IMG/VR virus record: IMGVR_UViG_3300046171_000010
Location: 1-58,923 of that record
Length of the DNA stretch: 58,923 nucleotides
Source: a virus
Taxonomy: Duplodnaviria; Caudoviricetes
Direction: 5' to 3' (one strand)
Position numbers and translations under genes: made by a program. This document shows, one piece after another, positions 28,410 to 37,279 of the stretch (positions are counted from its first letter, which is position 1; each line of letters starts with the position of its first letter). The notes under the pieces are model-generated. The model did not search any database, was not told the origin of the DNA, and saw only the letters and a list, made by a program, of their open reading frames with translations.

Positions 28410-28705
28410 AAAAAGCGCGAAGTGGGTGTCCACTACACGCGGTTAAAAAATGGGGCAGGGCAACAGGGTTAGCCTGTTCCGAGCATCCGGCTGAGACCCC
28501 TTATCACTAAAGGGTCATACCCCGAAAAGCCCCGCCTTTTGGCGCACGGACGGGAACGTGCTGTTTCAGGGATGGAGTTCCCTTGCCAACTCCGCCTTTG
28601 GGCACGAGGACGGAAACTCGCAAGGAGGGAGTGTGTAGTCTCCCTGCCCAAAAAAGTCCCAGCTTCGACCACACGGCTGGGGCGTGCCAACAGGCAGGAA
28701 TGCCT
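28410..28705 (-). ncRNA. Candidate structured RNA: three hairpin + pseudoknot units, a multi-stem domain and a terminator-like hairpin
   Basis: Pairing was read by eye. It shows compensatory changes, G-U pairs that work only on the - strand, a GTGA (GNRA) loop and U-tracts after the structures. Confidence 0.65.
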
Positions 28706-28709
28706 CGGT

Positions 28710-28796
28710 CTAATACATCATCATCAAAGTGAGAAGAAAAGACAGTAGATAGATCGTCATAATTATACCTACGCCGATCAGTATGCCTGTCTTCAC
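28710..28796 (-). CDS. 28-aa hydrophobic peptide MKTGILIGVGIIMTIYLLSFLLTLMMMY, missing from the ORF track
   Basis: GTG start after AAGGATGAG, encoding a single TM-length hydrophobic stretch. Confidence 0.55.
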   Translation of the reverse strand: MKTGILIGVGIIMTIYLLSFLLTLMMMY

Positions 28797-28807
28797 CTCA
28801 TCCTTAC

Positions 28808-29084
28808 TCACCTACGTCTTGGTCTTTGTCCGTTACGGCTGCGGTTAGCACTCTTGCTCTCTATCCGCACGCCGTCTTTGTTGCTGCCACCCTTTACTCA
28901 GCATCTTGTTGTGACTGACATCCTTACCCTCACGCTTGTCAGCTTTGCCATTCTTGTTAGCATCGCGTCCAGCCTTATCCATAGCACGCCGTGCACGCTG
29001 CCGCTCCATCCTAGCTTCGTGTGCGGGACTGCCAACTGGCGGGTTCTTCTGCTTCTTACGATCCGCTTTGTTCTTGTACGGCAT
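28808..29084 (-). CDS. HNH-like small basic protein (apparent frameshift at 28890-28892)
   Basis: Removing one base gives KDVSHNKMLSKGGSNKDGVRIESKSANRSRN, an HNH-type pattern. Confidence 0.6.
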
Positions 29085-29755
29085 CAGTTCTTTCCGTTAT
29101 GTGGGCACTCCAACACAGGGCACCATGCTTTGCACAATCCACTGGGGTTGGGATTCCACGTATCGTTCTCAAAAGCTGTCTCCATGTCGCTGTACTTACC
29201 CAGCCACTTAGTCCACAACTTCTCCTCTTCCTTTATGGTGTAGCGATCTCGTATCAGATCATTACTTACCACAAACAATAGCCCAGCCCGAACAGTCTCC
29301 ACTTCGGGGTAGTGCTTAAAAGCCGCTAGAGCCATAAGTTCTAACTGGCCTTTATCAGCGTATCTTGCCGACTTTCCTGTCTTGTAGTCAATAACCCAAG
29401 CTAATTTTTCTTCATTATTTAGTATCAATAAGTCTGCGATACCACGAAACCACACGTCACGAGCAAAGAAGCTACATGCTTCTAGGTCTTCGGTCAGCCC
29501 CATCTTGATCTCGCATAGCTTCTCGCCTTTCTTGGCGTTCAGTGCATCTAACATACCCTGTGCGTAGCTGAACCGTGGGTCAAGTTCACCACCGTCGCGG
29601 ATGTATTCTTCCGCAGCTTCGTGAAAAGCTGTTCCATACAATGTAGCCTTAGACTCCTTGAACGGGTACTGCTTGAGCACCTTCTCATGGTAGAACTGCT
29701 TAGGGCATTGCTGGAATGCCTTAATCTTACTGAACGACCACGGCGCTACGCTCAT
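29084..29755 (-). CDS. PD-(D/E)xK exonuclease (Cas4/RecB-like)
   Basis: WSFSKIKAFQQCP, GIADL, IDYKTG, QLELMA and C-terminal CxxCPxxxC-like motifs. Confidence 0.85.
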   Translation of the reverse strand: MSVAPWSFSKIKAFQQCPKQFYHEKVLKQYPFKESKATLYGTAFHEAAEEYIRDGGELDPRFSYAQGMLDALNAKKGEKLCEIKMGLTEDLEACSFFARDVWFRGIADLLILNNEEKLAWVIDYKTGKSARYADKGQLELMALAAFKHYPEVETVRAGLLFVVSNDLIRDRYTIKEEEKLWTKWLGKYSDMETAFENDTWNPNPSGLCKAWCPVLECPHNGKN

Positions 29756-30117
29756 GTTTCATTAGGCCAAAGTCGGCTACCTGATGGTTCATCGTCCCAA
29801 CTCATGTAGGTAGTCCCTTTGTGTTGGAGTATTAACAGATCAGGCACCCTACAAGAGTGTTCGCAGTTAAAACTAATCCGTATGCCATCTCTTCTTTCGG
29901 AAGGGTTCAGTACGCCAGCGTGCAATCTGGTGTGCACCATGCACTCTCCGTCTGGAGTAACTAAAAATCCTTGGCTATCCTCTCGTCTGCTATCAAAGGG
30001 GTTATGGTAAACCCCCACGGCTTGTTGATGTAAGTTATCGTTGCGGCAAATAGGGCACAGTACACGGTGTTCAAAAGGATCTGACGTTAGTTCCACGTCA
30101 CCGTCGTGGTAACTCAT
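29752..30117 (-). CDS. Hypothetical protein, possibly Zn-binding
   Basis: CPIC and CEHSC motifs; coupled at both ends. Confidence 0.6.
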   Translation of the reverse strand: MSYHDGDVELTSDPFEHRVLCPICRNDNLHQQAVGVYHNPFDSRREDSQGFLVTPDGECMVHTRLHAGVLNPSERRDGIRISFNCEHSCRVPDLLILQHKGTTYMSWDDEPSGSRLWPNET

Positions 30118-31949
30118 TATTCACAGTCTCCATATGCTTTAGCCATACCGCTCTCACACTCCAGCGGCAATCCCTTCGCCCACTTGGGCACGTATCTCAT
30201 ACACTTCTCGACGTACTTCTGGGCCTCTTCTGCTTCAGACTCAGGCACACATGCGATAACTGAGTCGTGCACTGTCAACACCGCTCGGTACTTGTTGTTT
30301 ATCAGCAACATCTGATCGCCTATCACACAACGTGCTAACGCTTGGCAGACGTTCTCTATCACCTTACCACCGTAGATCCGCGTCCGACCTTTGCGTGTCT
30401 TGTAGCTGTACTCTGTCCCCTGCGAGTTCTGCTCTCCCTTGAGATCCTCATAACGCATTAGGAGCTTAGACGGTAGACGTATAGCTTCCCGGTTTCCTAT
30501 AACTTCGATCACATCTTTCTTACCAAACTGGTAAGTGTCACCGTTCGCCATACGGCTAACCATGTTCTGAGCTTCGCGCCACACATGACTAATCTTCCAG
30601 TTCGCATCACGGTATATGTTAATGATGCGTCTTGCCTCATCCAAATCTATTTCAGTTCCAAACGATTTCAATTGTGCTTGGAATTTCAACGCGCCCATGC
30701 CGTACCCAGCACCGAGGATCGTGGTCTTGCCAACGAACCGCTGGTCTTTAGACACTTGGTCTTCTTGTATACCGTAGATCCGTGCCGCCATCTTGACGTA
30801 CACATCCTCTTTCTTACGGAATGCGTTTGTCAGGTCAGTCTGCCCCGCAAACCACGCCAGCACCCTCGCTTCAATCTGCGACGAGTCACAGTCTATGAGT
30901 GTGTATCCGTCAGGCGCGACGATGCTTCTCTTTAACATCTTACCGTTAGGCCCACGGCTGGGTAGATTTTGCAGGTTGATCTTGTCATCCCCGCCCCACC
31001 TGCCAGTGTGTGCCGCATAGTACCGCACAGGAACCGGCAGAGTGCCGCGACTTGAGATGTCGATGAACCGTTGCGTACGAGTCTCTTCCAGTGTGCTCTT
31101 GTTACCTAACCTCGCAGCCACTAACGCTTGTACGTTAGGGTTACTGTGCGTTGCAAGGCTCTTGAAACCTTCGTCGGTCTTAGCGAATGCGTAGGCTTCT
31201 TTGCCTGTGGTAGGGCTGACTTTGGTAGGCGGCTCGACACCTTTAGACCTGAGTAGCTCGGCAAACTTGTCGTTACTCATCAGCTCTTTCTTGTCGGTCA
31301 CGCCAGCATCAGATAACAACTTATCCTTATGCTTCTTGATCTCTTGCAGATGCTCTTGCAGTAAACACGAATCTAGTTCTAACAGCGGATGTATGAACAT
31401 ACGCAGCGTGCAGTCGATGATCTTGAGTTCCTTCTTAGGGAATCCCTGCTTCAAGAACCTGCTGAACAGTCTGTAGGTAAGCTCCACGTCGTTGATGCAG
31501 TAGTCACCGTAACTGTCTAACTCGTCATCAGTAAAGTCTTCGCGGCGTTTGTCTAGCGCGTTGAGTATCTCAGTGCCTTTAACACCTATATTGTATCTCT
31601 CCGCAAGTGCCTTGAGACTTCCACTAACCTCCACCCCATGTAAAGCACGGGCAATACACAGAGTATCAGCCCAAACGCGAGGACGAATATCAAAGAGCCA
31701 AGACAATATAGCGCCATCGAACATAGTGTTGTGAGCCAGTACCATGCTGTCGGCCCAGTTGAACTCGTCAAGGTACCCTTGAAGTTCCTCGCGTGTTCCA
31801 GAAGCCCATTCGGTAGCGCCATTGTTTACCTTTACCCCTACACCCACGATCTCGAAACGAGGGTCGCGGATGTATTCTTCGGTTGTCATTTTGGTCAGTG
31901 AGAAGTCCTTACTGTAGAACGTCTCAAAGTCCAAGGTTATAAGATCCAC
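30117..31949 (-). CDS. polA: DNA polymerase family A with 3'-5' exonuclease
   Basis: ExoI LDFET, motif A DSSQIEAR, motif B KTTILGAGYG and motif C TVHDS. Confidence 0.93.
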   Translation of the reverse strand: MDLITLDFETFYSKDFSLTKMTTEEYIRDPRFEIVGVGVKVNNGATEWASGTREELQGYLDEFNWADSMVLAHNTMFDGAILSWLFDIRPRVWADTLCIARALHGVEVSGSLKALAERYNIGVKGTEILNALDKRREDFTDDELDSYGDYCINDVELTYRLFSRFLKQGFPKKELKIIDCTLRMFIHPLLELDSCLLQEHLQEIKKHKDKLLSDAGVTDKKELMSNDKFAELLRSKGVEPPTKVSPTTGKEAYAFAKTDEGFKSLATHSNPNVQALVAARLGNKSTLEETRTQRFIDISSRGTLPVPVRYYAAHTGRWGGDDKINLQNLPSRGPNGKMLKRSIVAPDGYTLIDCDSSQIEARVLAWFAGQTDLTNAFRKKEDVYVKMAARIYGIQEDQVSKDQRFVGKTTILGAGYGMGALKFQAQLKSFGTEIDLDEARRIINIYRDANWKISHVWREAQNMVSRMANGDTYQFGKKDVIEVIGNREAIRLPSKLLMRYEDLKGEQNSQGTEYSYKTRKGRTRIYGGKVIENVCQALARCVIGDQMLLINNKYRAVLTVHDSVIACVPESEAEEAQKYVEKCMRYVPKWAKGLPLECESGMAKAYGDCE

Positions 31950-32228
31950 CTACTCTATCCTCCACACTCGAATCACGCCTTCATCAGCCATAACGCGCTG
32001 CGATGTTTTTTGCCCAGCTTTTTTTGCCTTGGTTATGAGAGACTGCGCTTCGAGCGAATAAGAAGACCGTTTGTCCTTTCCCGTAGTTTTTGCAACGAAC
32101 TCAAGGGCTACGCTGTCGCCTACCTCCCACGATTCGATAATCTTGTTGAGGTGTTTGTGCTTGCTGTTCTGTTTGTTGACCCTGCCCTTCGGCGGTATCG
32201 GCACATTCTTATCAATCTTTGTCTCCAC
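31950..32228 (-). CDS. Hypothetical protein
   Basis: KIDKNVPIP...GDSV...IRVWR pattern common in small phage proteins. Confidence 0.7.
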   Translation of the reverse strand: METKIDKNVPIPPKGRVNKQNSKHKHLNKIIESWEVGDSVALEFVAKTTGKDKRSSYSLEAQSLITKAKKAGQKTSQRVMADEGVIRVWRIE

Positions 32229-32419
32229 TACACTTGCTCCCTCTCAGATATAGCCGTAACAATTTTATTCGTAGTGGTAGGTATGCGAACAATCGTGCCG
32301 CGATCATCTATGGCTTGGTACTGCGCTTCCTCTTCGTTCTTCGCTTTCACCGCCACTTGCGTCGAAACAGTTTCTTCGACAGTCACATAAAACAATTTAA
32401 GATCTGTACCTTCAGACAT
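32228..32419 (-). CDS. Hypothetical protein
   Basis: AGGAGG SD and a VKAKNEEEA motif. Confidence 0.7.
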   Translation of the reverse strand: MSEGTDLKLFYVTVEETVSTQVAVKAKNEEEAQYQAIDDRGTIVRIPTTTNKIVTAISEREQV

Positions 32420-32420
32420 A

Positions 32421-33137
32421 TCAACCTCCTAGTCGCCTGATCTCAGCGTCGATGTAAAACTTGATCTTCTTCGCATCGCGTAGCTCATCGCTATGAGATG
32501 CTTCGCCCATACGATAGCACGCACGAAATATCTCACCGATCTGCGAGTTCATGTTCTTATGAGAGATTAAGTCCTGTAACTCCTGCGCTCCAGCAGGTAA
32601 CTCGTAATAGGATGCAGTGCTACCGTCACTCCGGCCTGCCAACGTCTGCATTATCGGTGCCTGTTGTGCATTGTCCGCCAGCCATACATCCGATAGCGGT
32701 GTTTCATGTACCTGTGGTTTTGGAATGTAGTCCTTGGATCTAACCACAGGAGTTGTTACACGCTCAAAGCCTAGTTCTGACAACGCAGTAGCCAGCTCTT
32801 CCATGCTCATACTGGGGTTAGTCACCACGTCCAACACTTCATCTTCCTTGTCAGCAGGAACTTCAACCTGCAACGACTCCACTTTGGGTGGAGTTTTTTG
32901 GTGAGGCTCTGGTGCCATTCCTTGAGTAGCGTCAAACTTAGCCAGCGGCAACATCGCTTCCACACCGTTCTTCGCTATGTCACTTTTCGCTTCCCACGCT
33001 ACGTTGTATGACGTACCACACGCATCTGCACCCATACGCACCGTAGCGTCAGGATTACGCAGAAAAAATCGTAAGCACTTGAGTGCTTTGCTCGGCCCCT
33101 TGCTAAACATCCTATATTCACTTGGCAATCTAGCCAT
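32421..33137 (-). CDS. Hypothetical protein with a possible DUF3310-like C-terminal domain
   Basis: AGGAG SD and a C-terminal GSTASYYELP...GEIFRACYR...DAKKIKFY segment. Confidence 0.6.
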   Translation of the reverse strand: MARLPSEYRMFSKGPSKALKCLRFFLRNPDATVRMGADACGTSYNVAWEAKSDIAKNGVEAMLPLAKFDATQGMAPEPHQKTPPKVESLQVEVPADKEDEVLDVVTNPSMSMEELATALSELGFERVTTPVVRSKDYIPKPQVHETPLSDVWLADNAQQAPIMQTLAGRSDGSTASYYELPAGAQELQDLISHKNMNSQIGEIFRACYRMGEASHSDELRDAKKIKFYIDAEIRRLGG

Positions 33138-33152
33138 CTCGGTCTCCTTTTG

Positions 33153-33476
33153 TTAAAAATCGAACGTCATCTGACGCTCATCCACTTCCCTTTCATTGAG
33201 GATGTCTGCCACTGTGTGCAGGTTGTCCTCGTTCACTACAGCAGCGATTCCACCCGCCGCTCTAATCTGGTTTATGTTCATGTCTTGCAGTGGCGTTGTC
33301 TTCCCCTTACCCGCCTTGCACTCAATACCAAAGAACTTACCGTTGTAGCACCCCACTATGTCCGGTACACCACTCCTACCGTAGCCTCCGGTCACAGGAT
33401 AGAAGTAGTAAACACCTAACTTCTTTAGTGCTTCAGCCACCTTCTTCTTTACCTTTGCCTCTGGCGTCATTGCCAT
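33153..33476 (-). CDS. VRR-NUC domain nuclease (putative resolvase)
   Basis: PEAKVK, GVPDI, IECKAG and TPLQ motifs. Confidence 0.85.
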   Translation of the reverse strand: MAMTPEAKVKKKVAEALKKLGVYYFYPVTGGYGRSGVPDIVGCYNGKFFGIECKAGKGKTTPLQDMNINQIRAAGGIAAVVNEDNLHTVADILNEREVDERQMTFDF

Positions 33477-33681
33477 TACGCATCTCCTTTAACAAGTTAG
33501 TAACACTCGTCGTGAGTTTCTTCATCTCACGTTGGTTAGACGCAATAGCTTTGGACAGAAAAGAAAAGTCTTCACACATCTCGTCTGTCGCCTTTGCCAT
33601 ACGTTCAATCGAACGTAAGCTCATCAGGATTTCTTCAAGGGACTGGTCATCCACCTCAAGCTCCACGCTTATCTTCGCCAT
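33433..33681 (-). CDS. Hypothetical coiled-coil protein
   Basis: AAGGAG SD upstream of the ATG. Confidence 0.65.
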   Translation of the reverse strand: MAKISVELEVDDQSLEEILMSLRSIERMAKATDEMCEDFSFLSKAIASNQREMKKLTTSVTNLLKEMRNGNDARGKGKEEGG

Positions 33682-33715
33682 CTGTTTCTCCTTGGGGACT
33701 GGTATCGGTGACCCG

Positions 33716-34057
33716 TCAAGCGTAAACCCAATAACTATTGTCGCCTGATCGCAACCCCACTCCCTCTATCTCTGGCTGTTGTGGCTTCAACATATTCAGA
33801 ACCGACAACTTGCTCATCAACTCGGTAGGTAAGGTCTCCGCGCCACAATAGATACCTCCATGTGGTAAGTCAATACATTCTGTACCTAAACAAGTCACCT
33901 GCCATATGTCTTTGTTGGGTTCTACCTTTACATGGTAGATGGCCCCTTTATGAGTTAACTTGTTTTGGCTACCTAATGTATCGGCTATATCCTCGATCAT
34001 GCGTAGCGTTTCCATAGGATCGCGCATACGTCGATTGTCCCACCAATTAGCAGACAT
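33716..34057 (-). CDS. Hypothetical protein (start uncertain)
   Basis: Its C-terminus is similar to that of the upstream gene. Confidence 0.6.
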   Translation of the reverse strand: MSANWWDNRRMRDPMETLRMIEDIADTLGSQNKLTHKGAIYHVKVEPNKDIWQVTCLGTECIDLPHGGIYCGAETLPTELMSKLSVLNMLKPQQPEIEGVGLRSGDNSYWVYA

Positions 34058-34883
34058 AGAACATATCCTCATCAACCTTCATACCAACACCGCTCACATA
34101 GTCACCCACAGGAGCCATGTTCAGCACGCTGACTTTACCGACCAGATCGCTGTACTTATCGTCCGTGGAGTTTTCCCAGTGGCGTGCTTGCAGAGCATCA
34201 GTCTGTATATAGTTATAGCCGATGTTGTCAATGTGCAGGGTATCCATGAACTGTGTTCCGTTAGGGATCTGCCCGATGTACACAAACGTAGGTTGACCGC
34301 CGATACCTCGCAAGTCTTCTGACTCCTGCATGTAACGTGTCACGTCCAACACTTTAGACTTCACATCCAGATCAGCTATCTGGTGCACCATGTTCTTGAG
34401 CGCGACCAACGCACGCGATTTGCTGGACAGCCCCAGATACTCAGCCCCCTCTTTCACTTTGGACTCGACCTCGCCTATCTGTAAGTCGCGCCCTTTGTCG
34501 TAAGCCTTGGAGTGAATCGAAGCCATCTCACGCACCGACCAAGGTGTTAACGCTGCCGCAGCTTTCTTGACGGCAGTAGCAAGGTTCCCACTCCCGTGCC
34601 TGTAATGCTCTTTGTTATCAGGACGGTACCTTTGGTTCTCAATCGTACGGCTCTGAACCTGCCAGTTGTCAGTATCAAGCAATTTACCCCGTACAAACGG
34701 CTCGTGCGGGTAATAGACATGACAAGAGTTGTGCATGTTTCTACTGAATTGCACGTCACGCATCTTCTTACGCAGTGCCTTTTGAAAGCGTAGCAATTCC
34801 TCGCTGGGGTCTACGTCACGGTCAAATTCATTCATAGCACTGGTACGCACTAAGAACATATCGCTTGGTTTGTGAACCCACAT
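34047..34883 (-). CDS. Hypothetical early protein
   Basis: AAAGGAG SD; 278-aa ORF. Confidence 0.75.
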   Translation of the reverse strand: MWVHKPSDMFLVRTSAMNEFDRDVDPSEELLRFQKALRKKMRDVQFSRNMHNSCHVYYPHEPFVRGKLLDTDNWQVQSRTIENQRYRPDNKEHYRHGSGNLATAVKKAAAALTPWSVREMASIHSKAYDKGRDLQIGEVESKVKEGAEYLGLSSKSRALVALKNMVHQIADLDVKSKVLDVTRYMQESEDLRGIGGQPTFVYIGQIPNGTQFMDTLHIDNIGYNYIQTDALQARHWENSTDDKYSDLVGKVSVLNMAPVGDYVSGVGMKVDEDMFYVC

Positions 34884-34884
34884 A

Positions 34885-35964
34885 TCATTCTCCTTTCGTT
34901 GTTGTTACTAGACCGCACGCTTGGTTGGCCCAGCGATTGAAACTTGCACGCACTTTCTTAGCGTCCTCTGGCGTAGTAGCGTGGTTCATATCAGATTGTA
35001 TCATAAACACAGTTAGTAGTGGCAACCGTAGTTCATGGTCACTTGTTGTGAGTATGTGTTGTACCTCGTCACCATTGTACCTGTTACTTGAAGCCCACTG
35101 TGAGCTAGTCATCACGTTGGCCTTGCGTAGCTGGTTCTTGGCATCGCGTACATACTCCCAGTCGCGTATAGGTAACATCTTTCCTACATTACACGCCCAC
35201 TGCCAGAACTCGTCGAGATGTGGCTTTAGTTCTTTCTTGCGTACTTTGTCCACACGCGACTTGGGGTTGACCGGCTTGAACTCAGGACTGATTAGCGTCC
35301 AGTCACCAAAATAAATATCACCCACTAAGGTAGCATAGCCGAGTACTTTCGATTGACGTGCGAACACCAGATGCTTTTGGTCATCCTCACGCTGAAACTG
35401 CTCAAGCCAGTGCGCCGAGGACGCGCCAGCAGTAATGTAATCCCACTGCGCTGCATCAACCGACCGACTCTTGGGCAGGTAATACTTGGTGTAGTACGGC
35501 GCTCGGTCAGTCTTATTCACCACCGCGATGTACTGCCTGCCGCCAGCGTCACCAAAGTATCGTAGACTTACAGGTAAGAACTCAGCCAGAAACTGATACC
35601 GGCTTGTGTGTGCACCGTCGCCCGTCCCATTGCGTACCTTGACCGTCTCTACATATGTCCCATCAGGTTGCACTTGGATGTCCCACACAATAGGCGACAG
35701 ATTGCGTGTATCTGCAATCGACATAGGTATCGGATCGCGCTGGTAGTAGGTGCGAGTAAAATCTGGGTCACCGTACCCACCGTCGCACAAGGCGTAGCAG
35801 GTAGGTGATAACTTAACAATGTGTTCCCACTTACGATCTCGTCTGTAAGCAGGACGTAGATCATCCTCCTTCTTGTGGTGTTTACTGACCAGTGGCTTGG
35901 TGTCGTTGTACTTGCGCTCGACGTGCCAGAACGAGTCCATACCTTTTCTAAATCCGTATGCCAT
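34885..35964 (-). CDS. Hypothetical early protein
   Basis: Likely start MAYGFRKG at 35964 after AAGGAAAAGG. The longer ORF call overlaps the upstream gene. Confidence 0.7.
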   Translation of the reverse strand: MAYGFRKGMDSFWHVERKYNDTKPLVSKHHKKEDDLRPAYRRDRKWEHIVKLSPTCYALCDGGYGDPDFTRTYYQRDPIPMSIADTRNLSPIVWDIQVQPDGTYVETVKVRNGTGDGAHTSRYQFLAEFLPVSLRYFGDAGGRQYIAVVNKTDRAPYYTKYYLPKSRSVDAAQWDYITAGASSAHWLEQFQREDDQKHLVFARQSKVLGYATLVGDIYFGDWTLISPEFKPVNPKSRVDKVRKKELKPHLDEFWQWACNVGKMLPIRDWEYVRDAKNQLRKANVMTSSQWASSNRYNGDEVQHILTTSDHELRLPLLTVFMIQSDMNHATTPEDAKKVRASFNRWANQACGLVTTTKGE

Positions 35965-35974
35965 TACCTTTTCC

Positions 35975-37270
35975 TTACATGTTGCTTGATTGAATGTGTA
36001 CGACCTTGCCCGTATCGGGAGTCGCACGCTTGTTGTCCAGAACACACCACAGAGTCGGGCACTTCCATGTACCCCAGTCACCGAACAGGTGACCATCGGT
36101 GAAGATGATCGTTGCTTGCGGCTTGATCTGATGTTGCTGCATGTACTCGACCACGCACTCAACATCGGTGCCGCCACCACCTTTGGGTCTGGTAGATTGA
36201 GCCAGCGTGTCTAGCTCGTGCGTAGCGTATGACTCGTCACCCACAACCTCGTCACCCCAGTACAGTAAGCGAACCTTATCGGGCTTGATCGTAGTGCAGA
36301 TCGACTGAACCTCGGATAAGAACAAGGCCACCGCTGTGTCACTGATAGACCCTGACGTGTCAATGGCAAGCACAAGCTCATCGACTCTCTCGCTGATACC
36401 GCTGGGCAGATACACACCGGCACCAATGTACCGGCGGTTGGGACGTTTCCATGTGGAGTAGTCGTTACCCGTACAGGTTGTCTGGATGAACTCACGCAGT
36501 ACCTCACGCCAGTTGACCTGCGGCTGCATAAGCTCATCGAACCTGCGGTTGCCGTTAGCACCCAGCTTGCCAGCCATCATGCTGCCCTGACGTATCGCCA
36601 CGTCGATGTCTTTCTCAAGCTCTTTGATCTCATCGTCCGACAGCTTGTTGGCTTCTTCCCAATCATGCTCATCAAAGCCTTGGGCGGAAGACGTACCTTG
36701 TGGGTTACTACCACCTGACCCGTTAGGTGGAACTGGATTGCCGTTGCCGGTGGGTGGTTTGCCTCTGCCAGTGGGTGGTTTGCCTCGTCCCTTCTGTTCT
36801 TCTCTCAGCTTGTGGAAGATAGCAGCCGAGTCCATCCATGCCCCATCGGGCTTGCGGAACTTCTCGTCATACAAACCTTGGTACTTGCCGGTGGGCATCT
36901 TGGCGAACCCATCCTCACGGTTGTCATCCACAATGGTGCCGTTGATGTAGTAGTCACATGCTTGGTTGGCTAGGCTCGGATCAATGTCGTACATCCACCT
37001 GTAAGTTGTTAGGTGGCGTAGTAGCTTGTGACCCTCGTCTTCGTGCAGCGCAACAAAGCGAAGCTCGGCATCGGTCAGTGCATCGACCATCTCACGTCCG
37101 AACACCACATCGCGTCCGTTGGTACATGCGGTTGGTACGTCATCGCTGACAGTCTTGGTGCCGATCATAAGAACACCAGCCAGTGCGATGTATCTGTCAT
37201 GCGCCGTGATGTCCACGATTGCCTTGGCGATCCGCTGCTCGGCGGTCAGTTGTTGGTTCAGTGCTAACAT
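35975..37270 (-). CDS. DUF2201-like metallopeptidase + VWA domain protein
   Basis: TACTNG, ALHEDEGH...RH, ANQACDYYIN, MIDAS DTSGS, GGGGT and FTDG motifs. Confidence 0.85.
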   Translation of the reverse strand: MLALNQQLTAEQRIAKAIVDITAHDRYIALAGVLMIGTKTVSDDVPTACTNGRDVVFGREMVDALTDAELRFVALHEDEGHKLLRHLTTYRWMYDIDPSLANQACDYYINGTIVDDNREDGFAKMPTGKYQGLYDEKFRKPDGAWMDSAAIFHKLREEQKGRGKPPTGRGKPPTGNGNPVPPNGSGGSNPQGTSSAQGFDEHDWEEANKLSDDEIKELEKDIDVAIRQGSMMAGKLGANGNRRFDELMQPQVNWREVLREFIQTTCTGNDYSTWKRPNRRYIGAGVYLPSGISERVDELVLAIDTSGSISDTAVALFLSEVQSICTTIKPDKVRLLYWGDEVVGDESYATHELDTLAQSTRPKGGGGTDVECVVEYMQQHQIKPQATIIFTDGHLFGDWGTWKCPTLWCVLDNKRATPDTGKVVHIQSSNM

Positions 37271-37279
37271 GTTGTCTCC

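Noticed and set aside
28451-28705. tRNA or tmRNA
   Set aside because: There is no TTCG T-arm, D-arm or anticodon arm and no tag reading frame. The pseudoknots lie outside the CCA-ended stem.
28469-28748. ORFs 28469-28690 (-) and 28539-28748 (+)
   Set aside because: They have no convincing SD and their translations are not protein-like. The region is better explained by RNA structure.
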